A stretch of 64,000 bases of DNA from an uncultured Spirochaetota bacterium (GTDB lineage: Bacteria; Spirochaetota; Spirochaetia; SZUA-6; Fen-1364), in the NCBI GenBank assembly GCA_963820525.1, contig CAWGAA010000001.1, positions 160,001 to 224,000 of the forward strand, given 5' to 3'. Shown piece by piece: positions 30,903 through 41,134 of this stretch. A model generated the notes under the pieces. The model did no database searches and had not been told where the DNA came from. It saw nothing but the letters and a program-made list of their open reading frames with translations. Every line of letters begins with the position of its first letter. Positions within the stretch are counted from its first letter, which is position 1. Made by a program: the position numbers and the translations under genes.

Positions 30903-31982
30903 TCACTGCTCGGCCGGTATTTTCACGCTGAGGAGCTTCGGTGTGTCCTGGACGACGAGCGCGTACAGGATATCCGCCCTGACCACGGCTGAAAGGCCAA
31001 GGAGAGGGATGTCGCTTTCCAGGAGAAGGGAGCGCTCGTATCGGCCCCCCCTCCGGCTGAGGAGCCAGAGCGCGTAGCTCGAAGCGCCTCCGCTCAGCCG
31101 CTTGACTCCGTCGTAGAGAAACAGATAGCCGGTCCCCCGAGGAGCCAGGAACAGGTTGGCGGTCTCTTCGCTCGCGCAGACGATTGTCGATCGAATATCC
31201 CCTCCGTCCGATTGCTCCAGGAGCAGGATCCTCTTTCTCCGCGGATCAAAGGAGGCCACGGCAAGGATGCCCCGCGGCGTCACCGCTGCAGAATAGACGC
31301 CTGTGGGCAGGGCAATCGCCTTCTCCTGCACGGCCATGTCCTTGATCGTGATCACAAGGAGCTTTCCCGATTGCGCGTCGAACACGGTGAACCCCCCGGA
31401 AACCGCCTTTCCCGGGGCCGCGGGAGTGAAGGGGAAGATGCCGGCGAATCCGATCCGGCCGCCGAGATTCGTCATGAGCGAATCAGAGCACCAGAAAGCC
31501 GCCGGCTCTCCCTTGCCGCCGGGCAGAATCGCTACAGGCCTTCCCGGGGGCTCCAGAACGTCGACGGTCCATGGGGCGTCCCCGTCGCGTGAGAGTTCTT
31601 TCAGTATCCGCCTGTCGTCCTTCTTACGATCCGCGTAGAGGATGTACACATCCTTTCCAAAGAGCGCGCTGGCGTGCTCCCCGAAATCGATCGCCCGGGT
31701 GGGAGCGACGTCGATCGTGTCCGTCACGGAGGGAGCCGGGGCGACGCGAGGCAGCTCGAACCCCCGGACGGGGATCTCCATGACGCAAAGGGAGGCCGAC
31801 TCCCAATTCGAGGTGACCGCAATGAGCCTGTCGCCCGCGTCCAAAAGGGATGTGAACCGGCCGGCGCGCGAGGTGGAGAGATCCAGGATGCGGCTCTCGA
31901 GCCCGATCGACGTGTCGCGCCCGCCGCAGCCGCCCAAGCTGAGCGAAACTGCCAAAAAGAGAATCATTGTCTTGACCCGCAT
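30903..31982 (-). CDS. Putative lipoprotein, beta-rich (propeller-like)
   Basis: MRVKTMILFLAVSLSLGGC lipobox followed by repeated short beta-strands. Confidence 0.7.
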   Translation of the reverse strand: MRVKTMILFLAVSLSLGGCGGRDTSIGLESRILDLSTSRAGRFTSLLDAGDRLIAVTSNWESASLCVMEIPVRGFELPRVAPAPSVTDTIDVAPTRAIDFGEHASALFGKDVYILYADRKKDDRRILKELSRDGDAPWTVDVLEPPGRPVAILPGGKGEPAAFWCSDSLMTNLGGRIGFAGIFPFTPAAPGKAVSGGFTVFDAQSGKLLVITIKDMAVQEKAIALPTGVYSAAVTPRGILAVASFDPRRKRILLLEQSDGGDIRSTIVCASEETANLFLAPRGTGYLFLYDGVKRLSGGASSYALWLLSRRGGRYERSLLLESDIPLLGLSAVVRADILYALVVQDTPKLLSVKIPAEQ

Positions 31983-32018
31983 TTTTTTGCCACCGTATAC
32001 TATTCGAGCAAAGGGGGA

Positions 32019-32721
32019 ATGTATAGAGAAGCACTTCTCGATCCTCAAGCAGAGATACGGCGAGAAGAAGCTGAAACAGGCGGCGCTGCGGCGGGCTCAC
32101 CTCAACTACCAGCGCATCCACATCGGAGACAATCCCGGAAGCGGCCGGGTCAAGTTCCTCCTCGCCCAGATGCACCAGAACTACTACTTCGGATTCTCCG
32201 AGAGCGCGTGCATCCTCGCGGGCACGCTCCTGGAGCAGGGGCTGATCTACCGGCTCGGCGGCCTGATGGACACGAAGGGGCCGCTGCGCTTTCGAAAGAA
32301 CGGAGAAACGAAGTGGCTGCAGACCCGGCACGACCTGCTTGACCTGGAGCTGGTTGACATGCTGGATCTCGCCCGCGCCGAGGGGATCCTCAGGGAAGGC
32401 AGGATCATCCTCCTGGCCCACGAGTTGCGCTGGATCAGGAACATGGTTGTGCACGACAAGATCCCCCTCTTTGCCGGCCGCGACGCGCGATTCTTAGAGA
32501 TGTCCGTGGTGAAGAGTAGAAGGGGGAGAGTGAAGTATGCTAAGATACTCCTCGAAAAATCGGAAGTCGCCGAGCTTTCAGGCTCGCGCGCCGAGCTTAC
32601 CGCGTACTTCTGCGTGAGCCGGGCGCGCATGATCCTGAGGAGCCTGTTCAACACTGCGGAAACGGAGGCGGGCAAGAAGAATGAGAGTAGTGGTGATCTT
32701 TTTCTCTGGAAAGAATCGTGA
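32019..32721 (+). CDS. HEPN/DUF4145-like protein; the SD-preceded ATG is out of frame by one base
   Basis: ESACILAGTLLEQGL...LVDMLDLARAEGIL...ELRWIRNMVVH (RxxxxH). ATG 32019 follows GGGGGA, but the long frame continues from 32023. Confidence 0.6.
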
Positions 32722-33094
32722 CCGGCTGATGAACGTCGCCAAGGCTCTGGGAAGGGGCATCGAGAAGCAGGGAAACCAGGTCGACGTGTTCGATGGCGTC
32801 AAGGACGCCAACGTAAAGCTCACGATGTACCAGTACGTCGTCATCGGAGCCGAGCCCATGGGCGCTTTCGGGGGAAAAATCCCGCAGGCTGTGAAGCCGT
32901 TCCTGGAGACGGCCGGCATGGCTTCCGGAAAGAAGAGCTACGCTTTCGTGACCCGGACGGCAATCGGGGCCGAAAGATCCTTGGGCGCGCTCATGAAGAG
33001 CATGGAGCATGAAGGGCTGTATCTGAAAAACTCCGATGTTCTGCGTTCAGCCGAGGAGGCCGAGGAGATCGGCCGCAGGCTCCACGTGAGCTGA
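32681..33094 (+). CDS. Flavodoxin-like fold protein
   Basis: VVVIFFS...AKALGRGI...YQYVVIGAE...GKKSYAFV...EAEEIGRRL topology; FMN-binding loop is degenerate. Confidence 0.7.
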   Translation: MRVVVIFFSGKNRDRLMNVAKALGRGIEKQGNQVDVFDGVKDANVKLTMYQYVVIGAEPMGAFGGKIPQAVKPFLETAGMASGKKSYAFVTRTAIGAERSLGALMKSMEHEGLYLKNSDVLRSAEEAEEIGRRLHVS

Positions 33095-33097
33095 GAC

Positions 33098-33130
33098 CCG
33101 CGTCAGGCGCCCAACGGGTGCCCGACGCGG
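33098..33130. terminator. GC-rich imperfect hairpin between convergent genes
   Basis: CCGCGTC-AGGCGCCC-AAC-GGGTGCC-CGACGCGG. Confidence 0.45.
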
Positions 33131-33148
33131 CGTGCGGGGGGCTCCCCT

Positions 33149-33922
33149 TCATTCCTTCCAGGGGAAGATCATCCCCTTCAACGTTCGTTTTCCAACCCGC
33201 TCCCTGTCCTCGATGAGAAGCGCGTCCCAGGGGATCTGTCTCCGGTTCGCCTGAGGATTCTTCTCGATATAATCGTACTTGTACAACCGCAGCTTCACAG
33301 CCACGTTCCACAGGAGGAAAACGGTCGAGAGCCCGGGGAGAATGAAGGCCACGAAAAGGGAGACCCCCGTGGTGATCAGGGTGCAAAGGAAAAGCCCGAT
33401 GGTGAAGCCCGAGTTGTCCAGGAGGACGAGGAAGCTCTTTCTCACCATCTTTCTGAAATTCCGATCCAGCCGCGACTGGATGGGGAAGATGTACTGCCCG
33501 GCGAGCAGGAGGATTACGGTCACCCAGAACAGGAGCGAGACAGCAAGGGGACCGACTATGGATTGAAGGCTTCCATAATAGCGGAAAGCAACCCTGACGA
33601 CGAAGACGTACACGGCGATAACGAGGGCCAGCAGAAGACTCGTGGGAAACGTCTCCTTCACGAAACGCCAGAAATCGCCGAACCCTGGCTGCTTGTAGTC
33701 CGCGATCTCCGAGGTCATGCGGCTCACCGCCCCCATGTAGACAGCGAGCAGGGCGATGCCGATCACGAGGGTCGCCAGAGCGAGGGCGGGGATGGAACCG
33801 AACAGAGGGTTGAGAACGAAAAAAATCGCCATGACGACGATGAATCCGAGGTTCATGATGATGATGCGGAACATGTTGTCCCACATATCGAAGAACGTCT
33901 TCTTGAGAAGGAATCCAAACAT
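33149..33922 (-). CDS. Multi-pass membrane protein (DUF624/YesL-like)
   Basis: MFGFLLKKTFFDMWDN with about 5-6 TM segments. Confidence 0.7.
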   Translation of the reverse strand: MFGFLLKKTFFDMWDNMFRIIIMNLGFIVVMAIFFVLNPLFGSIPALALATLVIGIALLAVYMGAVSRMTSEIADYKQPGFGDFWRFVKETFPTSLLLALVIAVYVFVVRVAFRYYGSLQSIVGPLAVSLLFWVTVILLLAGQYIFPIQSRLDRNFRKMVRKSFLVLLDNSGFTIGLFLCTLITTGVSLFVAFILPGLSTVFLLWNVAVKLRLYKYDYIEKNPQANRRQIPWDALLIEDRERVGKRTLKGMIFPWKE

Positions 33923-33928
33923 GGCAAA

Positions 33929-33957
33929 ACCATAGCATTCACCGTGAAAATGGTCAA
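33929..33957 (-). promoter_or_regulatory. Sigma70 promoter (extended -10), leaderless
   Basis: TTGACC-17nt-(TGc)TATGGT, 6 nt before ATG 33922. Confidence 0.6.
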
Positions 33958-34119
33958 ACCTCGGCAGCGCCGGCCCCGGAGGCTCGGCCCTCGGGCGGCC
34001 GTCAGCCTGCCAGATCAATCCCGCGGCGACGTCAGCCCGGCGCACGCCGCCCCCGGGTGGCTCTCGCCGCCTTGACAAGGAGTGACTCCGTTAGCATCAT
34101 AGAATCTGTAAACCGCGCG

Positions 34120-34929
34120 ATGGTGAACTACTACGAGATCCTTGGGATCGGCCAGAACTCGACGACTCAGGAGATCAAGAAATCCTTCCGCAAACGCGCG
34201 AAAGAGATGCACCCGGACCTCAGCAGGGATGACAAGGACCGCTCGGAAGAGCGGATGCGCCTCCTGCTGGCGGCCTACGAAGTCCTGAGCAACCTCGAGA
34301 AGCGCCTGGAGTACGACCGCGCCCTCGGCGTGTTCCTCAGGGAGCGGGGATTCGACTACCGGGAGTTCCTCAAGCGCAGGAAGAACGACCCCTATAGCCA
34401 GTCGAAGCTCATTTTTCACGACCTGCTGACGAATCACAAGGACGAGGCGCTTGCTCTCTATGAGTCGCTCACCCTTACCCGCCGGTTCAACCTCGAGATG
34501 TACCTGTCGCGCGAGGACTACATGGACTGCGCTTTCCTCCTGGCGGAGCTGTTCGAGGGCAGGCAACGCTTCGCGGAAGCCTATGAGCTGTACAAGAAGC
34601 TCTATATCTACGAGCTTCAAAAGCCGTATTTCCACCATTTCACGGAGGAGATCGTGGACCGGCTTCGCAGCATCATCTGCTTTCACCTCGTCGGCCTTCT
34701 CTCCCCGCAGGAGTCCATCCGGTACCTCAACGAGATGATCCGCTTCGATTTCTCCCGCAAGGACAACGCGTTTTTCTACAAGAAGCTCGCCGAGGTCTAT
34801 TCCGCCCTGGGAGAGACTGATATGGCCGTCCAGTGCCTCCAGAAGGGGCTCCAGCTCGACCGCAAGCTCTCCGGGGTCAAGAAGCTCATGGAGAGGATCG
34901 GCTACTCGGTGTGCCTTGACAATCCCTGA
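34120..34929 (+). CDS. J-domain (DnaJ-like) protein with C-terminal TPRs
   Basis: NYYEILG...KEMHPDL...AYEVLS; TPR-like C-terminus. Confidence 0.88.
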   Translation: MVNYYEILGIGQNSTTQEIKKSFRKRAKEMHPDLSRDDKDRSEERMRLLLAAYEVLSNLEKRLEYDRALGVFLRERGFDYREFLKRRKNDPYSQSKLIFHDLLTNHKDEALALYESLTLTRRFNLEMYLSREDYMDCAFLLAELFEGRQRFAEAYELYKKLYIYELQKPYFHHFTEEIVDRLRSIICFHLVGLLSPQESIRYLNEMIRFDFSRKDNAFFYKKLAEVYSALGETDMAVQCLQKGLQLDRKLSGVKKLMERIGYSVCLDNP

Positions 34930-34998
34930 TCTCTCCTGTTTACTTTCCCCCGTTCTCCTCAATCCAGCGGAATCGCATTCAAGGAGCGAGCATTCACG

Positions 34999-36051
34999 AT
35001 GAAACGGATCTTCGTTTTTTGCCTTTTTCTGGCGGCAGGGGCGGCATCCCTCTTTGCCCAGGCCATCGACAAGCCCGCCGCCACGGTCAGGCTTACAAAG
35101 CCCGAGGCGATAACGGTCAAGCAGCTTCGAAAGCTCGTCGATCCCCTGGAGGATCGGACGAAGAGGCAGCTCTCGAAGGAAGAGCGCATTCAAGTCCTTG
35201 ACAACATGATAAACCGTGATCTGCTCGAACAAGCCGCGGAGAGAGACAAGGTTGTCGTTTCGGACGCCGAGCTGAAGGCCAGGATGGATGAAATGAAAAA
35301 GGCGGCAGCTGCCCAGCTTGGCAGGGACCTGAGCGACGCCGACATGCTGAACATCGTGAAATCGCAGAACATGACGTGGGACGACTACGTCAGGGGGATA
35401 AAGGATTCGCTTCTGTTCCTCAACTACGCACGATTCAAGAACAAGGGGTTATTCGATTCGGTCGCCCAGCCAACGAATGATGACGCTCGCGACTACTATG
35501 AGCAGAACAAGACCAAGGAGTTCGTCTGGGACGACACGGTGAGGCTCCGCTGGATCCTCATCGACACGACACGGCTTGCTTCGAAAGATGAGCGGGACAA
35601 GGCGTCCAAGCGCGCCGATGACATCAACAAGGAGCTTCGGGGCGGCGCAAAGTTCGAGGACCTGGTGACGAAGTATTCTGACGACACATCCTCGAAATAT
35701 CGGGGAGGGGACGTGGGATGGCTCGTTCGGGGCGATGAGCAGCGGCGGCAGTTGCTGGGAAGCGACTTCAGCGACGCTATTTTCGCCCTCAAGAAGGGCG
35801 AGACCAGCGGCGTTGTCTCCTGCAAGGTCGGCTTCGCCATCGTGCAGGTGACGGACAGGATCGACGCGAAGATCCTCGGCTTCGAAGAGAAGATCCCGCC
35901 TCTGTACCAGACCATGGTGAAGGATTTCATCAAGAGCAAGCTGCTCATGCAGCGGCAGAACGATACATTCACGAAAGCCCTCACCGATATCGTCGCGGCC
36001 CTGCGCAAGCAAGCCGAAATCAAGGTCTTCGACGAAAACTTAAGCTGGTGA
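34999..36051 (+). CDS. surA: SurA/PpiC-type periplasmic peptidyl-prolyl isomerase
   Basis: Signal peptide, SurA-N-like helices and a parvulin domain (FEDLVTKYSDD...GGDVGW). Confidence 0.8.
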   Translation: MKRIFVFCLFLAAGAASLFAQAIDKPAATVRLTKPEAITVKQLRKLVDPLEDRTKRQLSKEERIQVLDNMINRDLLEQAAERDKVVVSDAELKARMDEMKKAAAAQLGRDLSDADMLNIVKSQNMTWDDYVRGIKDSLLFLNYARFKNKGLFDSVAQPTNDDARDYYEQNKTKEFVWDDTVRLRWILIDTTRLASKDERDKASKRADDINKELRGGAKFEDLVTKYSDDTSSKYRGGDVGWLVRGDEQRRQLLGSDFSDAIFALKKGETSGVVSCKVGFAIVQVTDRIDAKILGFEEKIPPLYQTMVKDFIKSKLLMQRQNDTFTKALTDIVAALRKQAEIKVFDENLSW

Positions 36052-36130
36052 TGCGACGGCGCCGGCGGACAGGCCGCAGGCGGCGCGGGGGCTCGCCGGC
36101 GCGAGGGCCGCGAGGAACCGCCGGGTAGCC

Positions 36131-36556
36131 ATGGGAGCACGCAGAAGGGGAAGGATCATTGCCTTCCAGACTCTCTATCGATTCGACCTCTCGGGGGCGT
36201 GCCTCGAGGAGCTGCTCGATTTTTCCTGGATCGACGCTGAGAAGCTCACGAAGCTTCCCCACGAGGCCCTGCTTTTCTCGCGTCTTCTCATCCAGGGAAC
36301 CCTGGAAAACCTGGAGCACATAGACTCCGCAATAAAAAAGCAGCTGGAGAACTGGGACTTCTCGCGGCTTTCACGGGTGGACCTCGCGCTGCTTCGAATC
36401 AGCACCTACTGCCTGCTCTACCAGAAGGACATCCCCCCGACCGTGACGATAGACGAAGCGGTTGACATCTCAAAAACCTACGGCGCGGAGGATTCCTATC
36501 GATTCATCAATGGTGTTCTCGACGGGATCCATAAGCAGCTGGATCCCGGCCGGTGA
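36131..36556 (+). CDS. nusB: Transcription antitermination factor NusB
   Basis: RRRGRIIAFQTLY...RLSRVDLALLR...IDEAV...FINGVLD. Confidence 0.95.
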   Translation: MGARRRGRIIAFQTLYRFDLSGACLEELLDFSWIDAEKLTKLPHEALLFSRLLIQGTLENLEHIDSAIKKQLENWDFSRLSRVDLALLRISTYCLLYQKDIPPTVTIDEAVDISKTYGAEDSYRFINGVLDGIHKQLDPGR

Positions 36557-36631
36557 CGGACGCGGCTAAACTTGAAGCGCCGGCGGAACAATGGTATCCT
36601 TCCCGCCGACGGCTCATCGAAAGGAGACGGC

Positions 36632-37099
36632 ATGGCACCCAACAAGAGCGATACGACGAATTGCATCATCGGCGAAGGGTCGATCTTCGACGGCCGGTTC
36701 TACGTTAATGGCTCGATCCTCATCGAGGGCAAGTTCCAGGGCGACATCAAGACGGACGATCAGCTCGTGGTGGGGCCGACGGGAAAGGTGAAGACCGATA
36801 TCGTGGCGCGAAGGGTGACCGTTGCGGGAACGCTGATCGGCAACATCTCCGCCTCGGAGGAGGTGACTCTCCTGCACACGGGCAAGGTACTGGGCAACAT
36901 CAACACCCCGAAGCTGACGGTGGAGCCGGGGGTCATCACCGAGGGCAAGGTCATCATCACATCGGGCCAGACCGACGACGCCAAGAAGATCATCGAAGAC
37001 TCCTTCGGAACCAACACGGACGACTCCTTCCTGTCCATCATGAAAGACAGGAAGAAGGATCGCGCGAAGGAAAGAGAGAAGGAAGATCCGGGCAAATAG
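36632..37099 (+). CDS. Bactofilin (polymer-forming cytoskeletal protein)
   Basis: IIGEGSIFDGRF...IEGKFQGDI...VGPTGKVKTDI...VAGTLIGNI beta-helix; upstream TTGAAG-17nt-TATCCT promoter. Confidence 0.92.
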   Translation: MAPNKSDTTNCIIGEGSIFDGRFYVNGSILIEGKFQGDIKTDDQLVVGPTGKVKTDIVARRVTVAGTLIGNISASEEVTLLHTGKVLGNINTPKLTVEPGVITEGKVIITSGQTDDAKKIIEDSFGTNTDDSFLSIMKDRKKDRAKEREKEDPGK

Positions 37100-37106
37100 G
37101 CCGCGT

Positions 37107-37866
37107 ATGATCCGCTTGAAGAATGAAAAGGAACTCGCCGGGATACGTGAATCGGCGAGTCTTCTCTCCCAGACCATGCGCGAGGTCGCCCGGCGCGTTG
37201 GAGAGGGCGTTTCGACGCGTGAGCTGGACGCCTTCGCCCGCTCGTACATCGAGAAGCACGGCGGGACGCCGTCCTTTCTCGGCTACATGAATTACCCCGC
37301 TTCACTGTGCGTTTCGGTGAACAGCGAGGTCATCCACGGCATCCCCGGCGCGCGAAAACTTCGGCAGGGCGATATCGTGAGCCTCGACCTCGGCGTGAGC
37401 CTCAACGGCTACTTCTCCGATATGGCCGTGACCCTGCCCGTAGGCGACATACCGGCGGCCAGGAGGAAGCTCCTCGATGTGACGCGCCGGTGCCTCAGCG
37501 CGGGGATCGAGCAGGCGGTCCCGGGAAACCGGGTGAGCGACATCTCCCGCGCCGTCTTTGAGCTCGCCGATAAAAACGGCTTCGGCGTGGTTCGCGAGTA
37601 CTGCGGCCACGGCGTCGGCTTCGCCAACCACGAGGACCCGCAGATCCCCAACTACGTGGGAGCCGGACCCAACCCGCGCCTGCGGGAGGGCATGGTGCTC
37701 GCCATAGAACCGATGATAAACGCGGGAACGGGCGACATCGAGCTTCTCTCCGACGGCTGGACGGTCATCACGGCAGATGGTTCCCCATCGGCCCACTTCG
37801 AGCATACCGTGGCAGTAGTCCGGGACGGCGTGGAGGATCCTCACGTCTTTCGACTACGAGGGGTGA
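37107..37866 (+). CDS. map: Type I methionine aminopeptidase (one extra base near 37836; uncorrected ORF runs to 37910)
   Basis: SVNSEVIHGIP, GYFSDMA, YCGHGVG, AIEPMIN, SAHFEHTV; removing one G gives the usual GVEILT ending. Confidence 0.95.
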
Positions 37867-37869
37867 GCC

Positions 37870-38460
37870 ATGAGGAAAGAGTTTCTCCCCTTCCAGACCG
37901 TGCGCAATAATGCGCTGAAGCTCGCCGCCCGCATCTACCGGGAAGGCTTCCTCCCCGACGTGATCTACGTGTCGCTTCGCGGCGGGGCCTATATGGGCAA
38001 CGTGCTCAGCGAGTTCTTCAAGATCGTGCACAAGGGAAAGCGCCCCGTCTACTATGCGGCCGTCGTGGCCCGCTCATACACAGATATCGGAGAGCAGGAT
38101 CGGGTGAGGGTGGACGGCTGGACCTACGATCCCGAGTACCTGCGGACCGGCGACAGGGTCCTCCTGGTGGACGACATCTTCGATTCAGGCAGGACGGTCA
38201 ACCACCTCGTGGAGATCATCATGGACAAGGGCATCCCTCGCGACGACGTGCGGGTGGCGGTCCACGACTACAAACTGCGCCGCTACCTCTCCCGCCAGCT
38301 CCCCGTCCAGCCCGACTACTGGTGCCGCTTCCACGACCTCGCCGGGCCCGAAGACGACTTCTGGATACACTACATGAGCCACGAGCTCGTGGGATTGACC
38401 GAGGATGAGAAGAAGCTGCATTACTTCGATGAGGACCCCGAGCTGAAGGGAGTCCTGTAG
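37870..38460 (+). CDS. Type I phosphoribosyltransferase
   Basis: SLRGG and the PRPP-binding VLLVDDIFDSGRT motif. Confidence 0.88.
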   Translation: MRKEFLPFQTVRNNALKLAARIYREGFLPDVIYVSLRGGAYMGNVLSEFFKIVHKGKRPVYYAAVVARSYTDIGEQDRVRVDGWTYDPEYLRTGDRVLLVDDIFDSGRTVNHLVEIIMDKGIPRDDVRVAVHDYKLRRYLSRQLPVQPDYWCRFHDLAGPEDDFWIHYMSHELVGLTEDEKKLHYFDEDPELKGVL

Positions 38461-38472
38461 GGAGGAGTCTCC

Positions 38473-39591
38473 CTACTGGATTGTCCAGCCGGAGACGCCG
38501 CTGGCGTTCGTGGCGTCCAATTTGCCCTTCCACAGGCCATTGCCGGCGGTGCAGGCGAACACGATATTCGTCGACGTATCGATCACTATCTTTCGGATCA
38601 CCGCGGTATAGAGGCTGAGGGTGATCATGGTCGTGTCCGCGGACCGCGACAGGGTGTTTGACGTGAGGTCAAGGTAGTAGTAGCCGTATCCTTCGGAACC
38701 GATGAGAAGCAGGTTGTGGCCCGAGGAGCCGGTGACGGGCCCCGAGATGCCGAAGTAAGAAACCGCGGTGCCGCCCTGGGTATCGGCTGAGATCGAGTTC
38801 CAGGCGCCGTTGTAATAATAGATCCCGCTCGCCTTGGAGGAAACGTAGACCACGCCGGAATTCAAGAAAACACCCTGAAGGACGTCCCCGGTGTTGATAT
38901 TCATGGAAGAAAGCGGGCTCGCAGCTCCCCGGTAGACCTGGCTTCCAGACACCGCGTAGTAGTTGGCTCCGTCATAGGTAGCGTCATTGATGGGGGTTTT
39001 CCAGCTCGATCCACCGAGAAGGGGATTGTATGTTGTCCCATCCGTGGAGTAGTAAAGGGTGTAATAGAACGGCTGTTCTGAAGGGCCTGCGCCGGAAATC
39101 GGCGTTGCCATGATGATGAGAAGCTGGCCATTGGCGACGATCAGCTTCGTAACCTGCGCCTTTGGGTCTGCGCCAGGAATCGAGACCAATGTCGAGGTAG
39201 AGAAGTCAGTTCCAGTTGCCTTGTACAATCCGAGGTTCGATCCTGGGGTAAAGAAGCCGCCGTAGAGGTTGGTTACCGTGGCGACGGTGAAGGCGACGAG
39301 CGCGTTGCACAAAGCTCCGGACTGGGGAGGGCTCTTCTTATCGACAGGCACCCATTGGACATTCCCCGTCCCGTCTCCGACGCCCTTGAATATGGATCCC
39401 GCTGCGGCGTAGAAGTCGTTTCCGATCTTCGCCACATCGAAGATGCTTAAGAGGTTTCCCAGGTTCGACTGCGGCTGCTCGGTCTCGTTTTCCAGGATGT
39501 AGAATATCAAGCCTCCGTTGGGCGTGCACGAAACCAGGAGCGCGGCGAGAATCACCGCGGGAATGACACGGAAAATCGGGCGTGGATTCAT
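38473..39591 (-). CDS. Surface lipoprotein, beta-propeller-like, S/T/G-rich
   Basis: LAALLVSC lipobox, YYSTDG Asp-box-like motif and repeated beta strands. Confidence 0.75.
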   Translation of the reverse strand: MNPRPIFRVIPAVILAALLVSCTPNGGLIFYILENETEQPQSNLGNLLSIFDVAKIGNDFYAAAGSIFKGVGDGTGNVQWVPVDKKSPPQSGALCNALVAFTVATVTNLYGGFFTPGSNLGLYKATGTDFSTSTLVSIPGADPKAQVTKLIVANGQLLIIMATPISGAGPSEQPFYYTLYYSTDGTTYNPLLGGSSWKTPINDATYDGANYYAVSGSQVYRGAASPLSSMNINTGDVLQGVFLNSGVVYVSSKASGIYYYNGAWNSISADTQGGTAVSYFGISGPVTGSSGHNLLLIGSEGYGYYYLDLTSNTLSRSADTTMITLSLYTAVIRKIVIDTSTNIVFACTAGNGLWKGKLDATNASGVSGWTIQ

Positions 39592-39605
39592 CTCTTTTGT
39601 TTCCC

Positions 39606-40205
39606 CTAATAGTGGTAGAGCGCCGAGAAGGAGACCTCAAGGAAGTTCCCGACCCGGGATTGGCTTGGATCGGCCGCGAACTGCATGTCCCACCAGTAGA
39701 CGGTGTTCACGCCGAATGACCAGGAGGAGTTGAAGATCCAGAACAGGGAGGCGCCGGGCTTGAGGAGCGGGTCGATGATCGAGCTGTCCTGGTACTTGAC
39801 GATGTTCATGCCTGCTCCCAGGTAGATCGGGATCTCGAAGGGATAGATCGTGAAGCTGTAGGAAATCTTCGCCGTGATAGGGAGCATGAGCAGGAGGTTC
39901 GAGTTGGGGCTCAAAGCGAACAGGCCGCCGACTTCGATCCCCAGGCGGATGTTCGGCGTAAGGTACGCCTGCCACTGGAGGGAGCCGATTCCGCCCACGC
40001 TCAGGTGCGTGCTGTAGGCCGCCGGCTGCCAGGACATGAAAAACAGCGGCATGAAGATCCCGGCGTTTACCGCCAGCGTTTGATCGCCAAGGGAGTACTG
40101 GGGAGCCGCCTCGGGGCGTGTCTCCTTCTGCTGGGCGAAGAGGGGGGAAAGGATGCACAGGACAAGGGAAAGAACCATCAAGGTCCGTACGACTGCTTTA
40201 TTCAC
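39606..40205 (-). CDS. TP0733-like 8-stranded outer-membrane beta-barrel
   Basis: Signal peptide, YSLGDQ, alternating strands and terminal ALYHY; GTG start at 40205 is inferred. Confidence 0.7.
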   Translation of the reverse strand: MNKAVVRTLMVLSLVLCILSPLFAQQKETRPEAAPQYSLGDQTLAVNAGIFMPLFFMSWQPAAYSTHLSVGGIGSLQWQAYLTPNIRLGIEVGGLFALSPNSNLLLMLPITAKISYSFTIYPFEIPIYLGAGMNIVKYQDSSIIDPLLKPGASLFWIFNSSWSFGVNTVYWWDMQFAADPSQSRVGNFLEVSFSALYHY

Positions 40206-40264
40206 GCGTTTTCTCCGTACTTGATGTGTCGGTATAAAGATCCTACCATCAGCGGGAAGTTTTT

Positions 40265-41128
40265 TCAAGTTTCAGCGAGGCCCTCGGCGTTCTCTACGTC
40301 GAGCACGAGGTTTCGGATGGGGCCGTCGATGGAGATTTCCACGCTCCTCTGGGAGTCCCGCACACCCGTGCTCACGAAAGATCCGTCTTCCATCCGCTCG
40401 AGGTCGCCCTGGGGATAATCGACCCGACAGAAGGGGTTGAGCAGGACCACCTGAGCATAGGCGCGGGAGGGAAGCACAATGGACAGGTCTGCGCTGGAGG
40501 AATATATCTGCGCCGTGAGCTTTTTCTGCAGCCCACCGATGTAGATTTCCTGTTTTCCGTATCCCGCCCGCATGTCGATGCTCTCGACGCTGAGCCGGCG
40601 CAGGTCCATGAGGAGATTGGCCTCGTGGAGGTGGAGCTCCAGCCGGGCCGGAAGTGAGCGGGGCAGCCCGAGGTGCCAGGTATTGAGGAGCTGGAAATAC
40701 GAGGGAAAGAAGGGCTGGCTCGTCGTTATCGCAAGGATCGTGGTTGCGCCCCGCGTTTCGCGCACGATCGCCGGATCCCCCATGGGCCCGATCTGCTCCG
40801 CGGTCAGGATGGGGCTGCCCTTTGCCGCACACAGGTTGAGCGTGCCATAGGAGAAATGCACCCTGCAGAGAAGCTCTGCGGAGTCGGGCTCCATGGGGAG
40901 AGGGAATTCCTTTCGCTGCATCAGAGACGAGCGGGTGAATCGCCGCTTCATGAGCGAATCCGTCAGAAGGAGGATCCCCGCCAGGATGAGCACGAGGGGC
41001 CAGAGGTCGACGACGGCCTGTTTGGTGGCTTCGGGGATGAGCTGAAGGTTGTACCCGAGGAGGAACAGCCCGAGGATCAGGCAGAAGGCGGAGACCAGGA
41101 GGGTGATCCTCTTGGTGAGGGGGTGCAT
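40265..41128 (-). CDS. LiaF/DUF5668-like membrane protein with beta-rich C-terminal domain
   Basis: Two TM helices with the LWPLVLILAGI motif, then a beta-rich region. Confidence 0.65.
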   Translation of the reverse strand: MHPLTKRITLLVSAFCLILGLFLLGYNLQLIPEATKQAVVDLWPLVLILAGILLLTDSLMKRRFTRSSLMQRKEFPLPMEPDSAELLCRVHFSYGTLNLCAAKGSPILTAEQIGPMGDPAIVRETRGATTILAITTSQPFFPSYFQLLNTWHLGLPRSLPARLELHLHEANLLMDLRRLSVESIDMRAGYGKQEIYIGGLQKKLTAQIYSSSADLSIVLPSRAYAQVVLLNPFCRVDYPQGDLERMEDGSFVSTGVRDSQRSVEISIDGPIRNLVLDVENAEGLAET

Positions 41129-41134
41129 GGCGCT

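Noticed and set aside
33960..34070. GC-rich intergenic stretch as an ncRNA (also 36052-36130)
   Set aside because: No long perfect stem or recognisable RNA family; short pairings are expected at this GC content.
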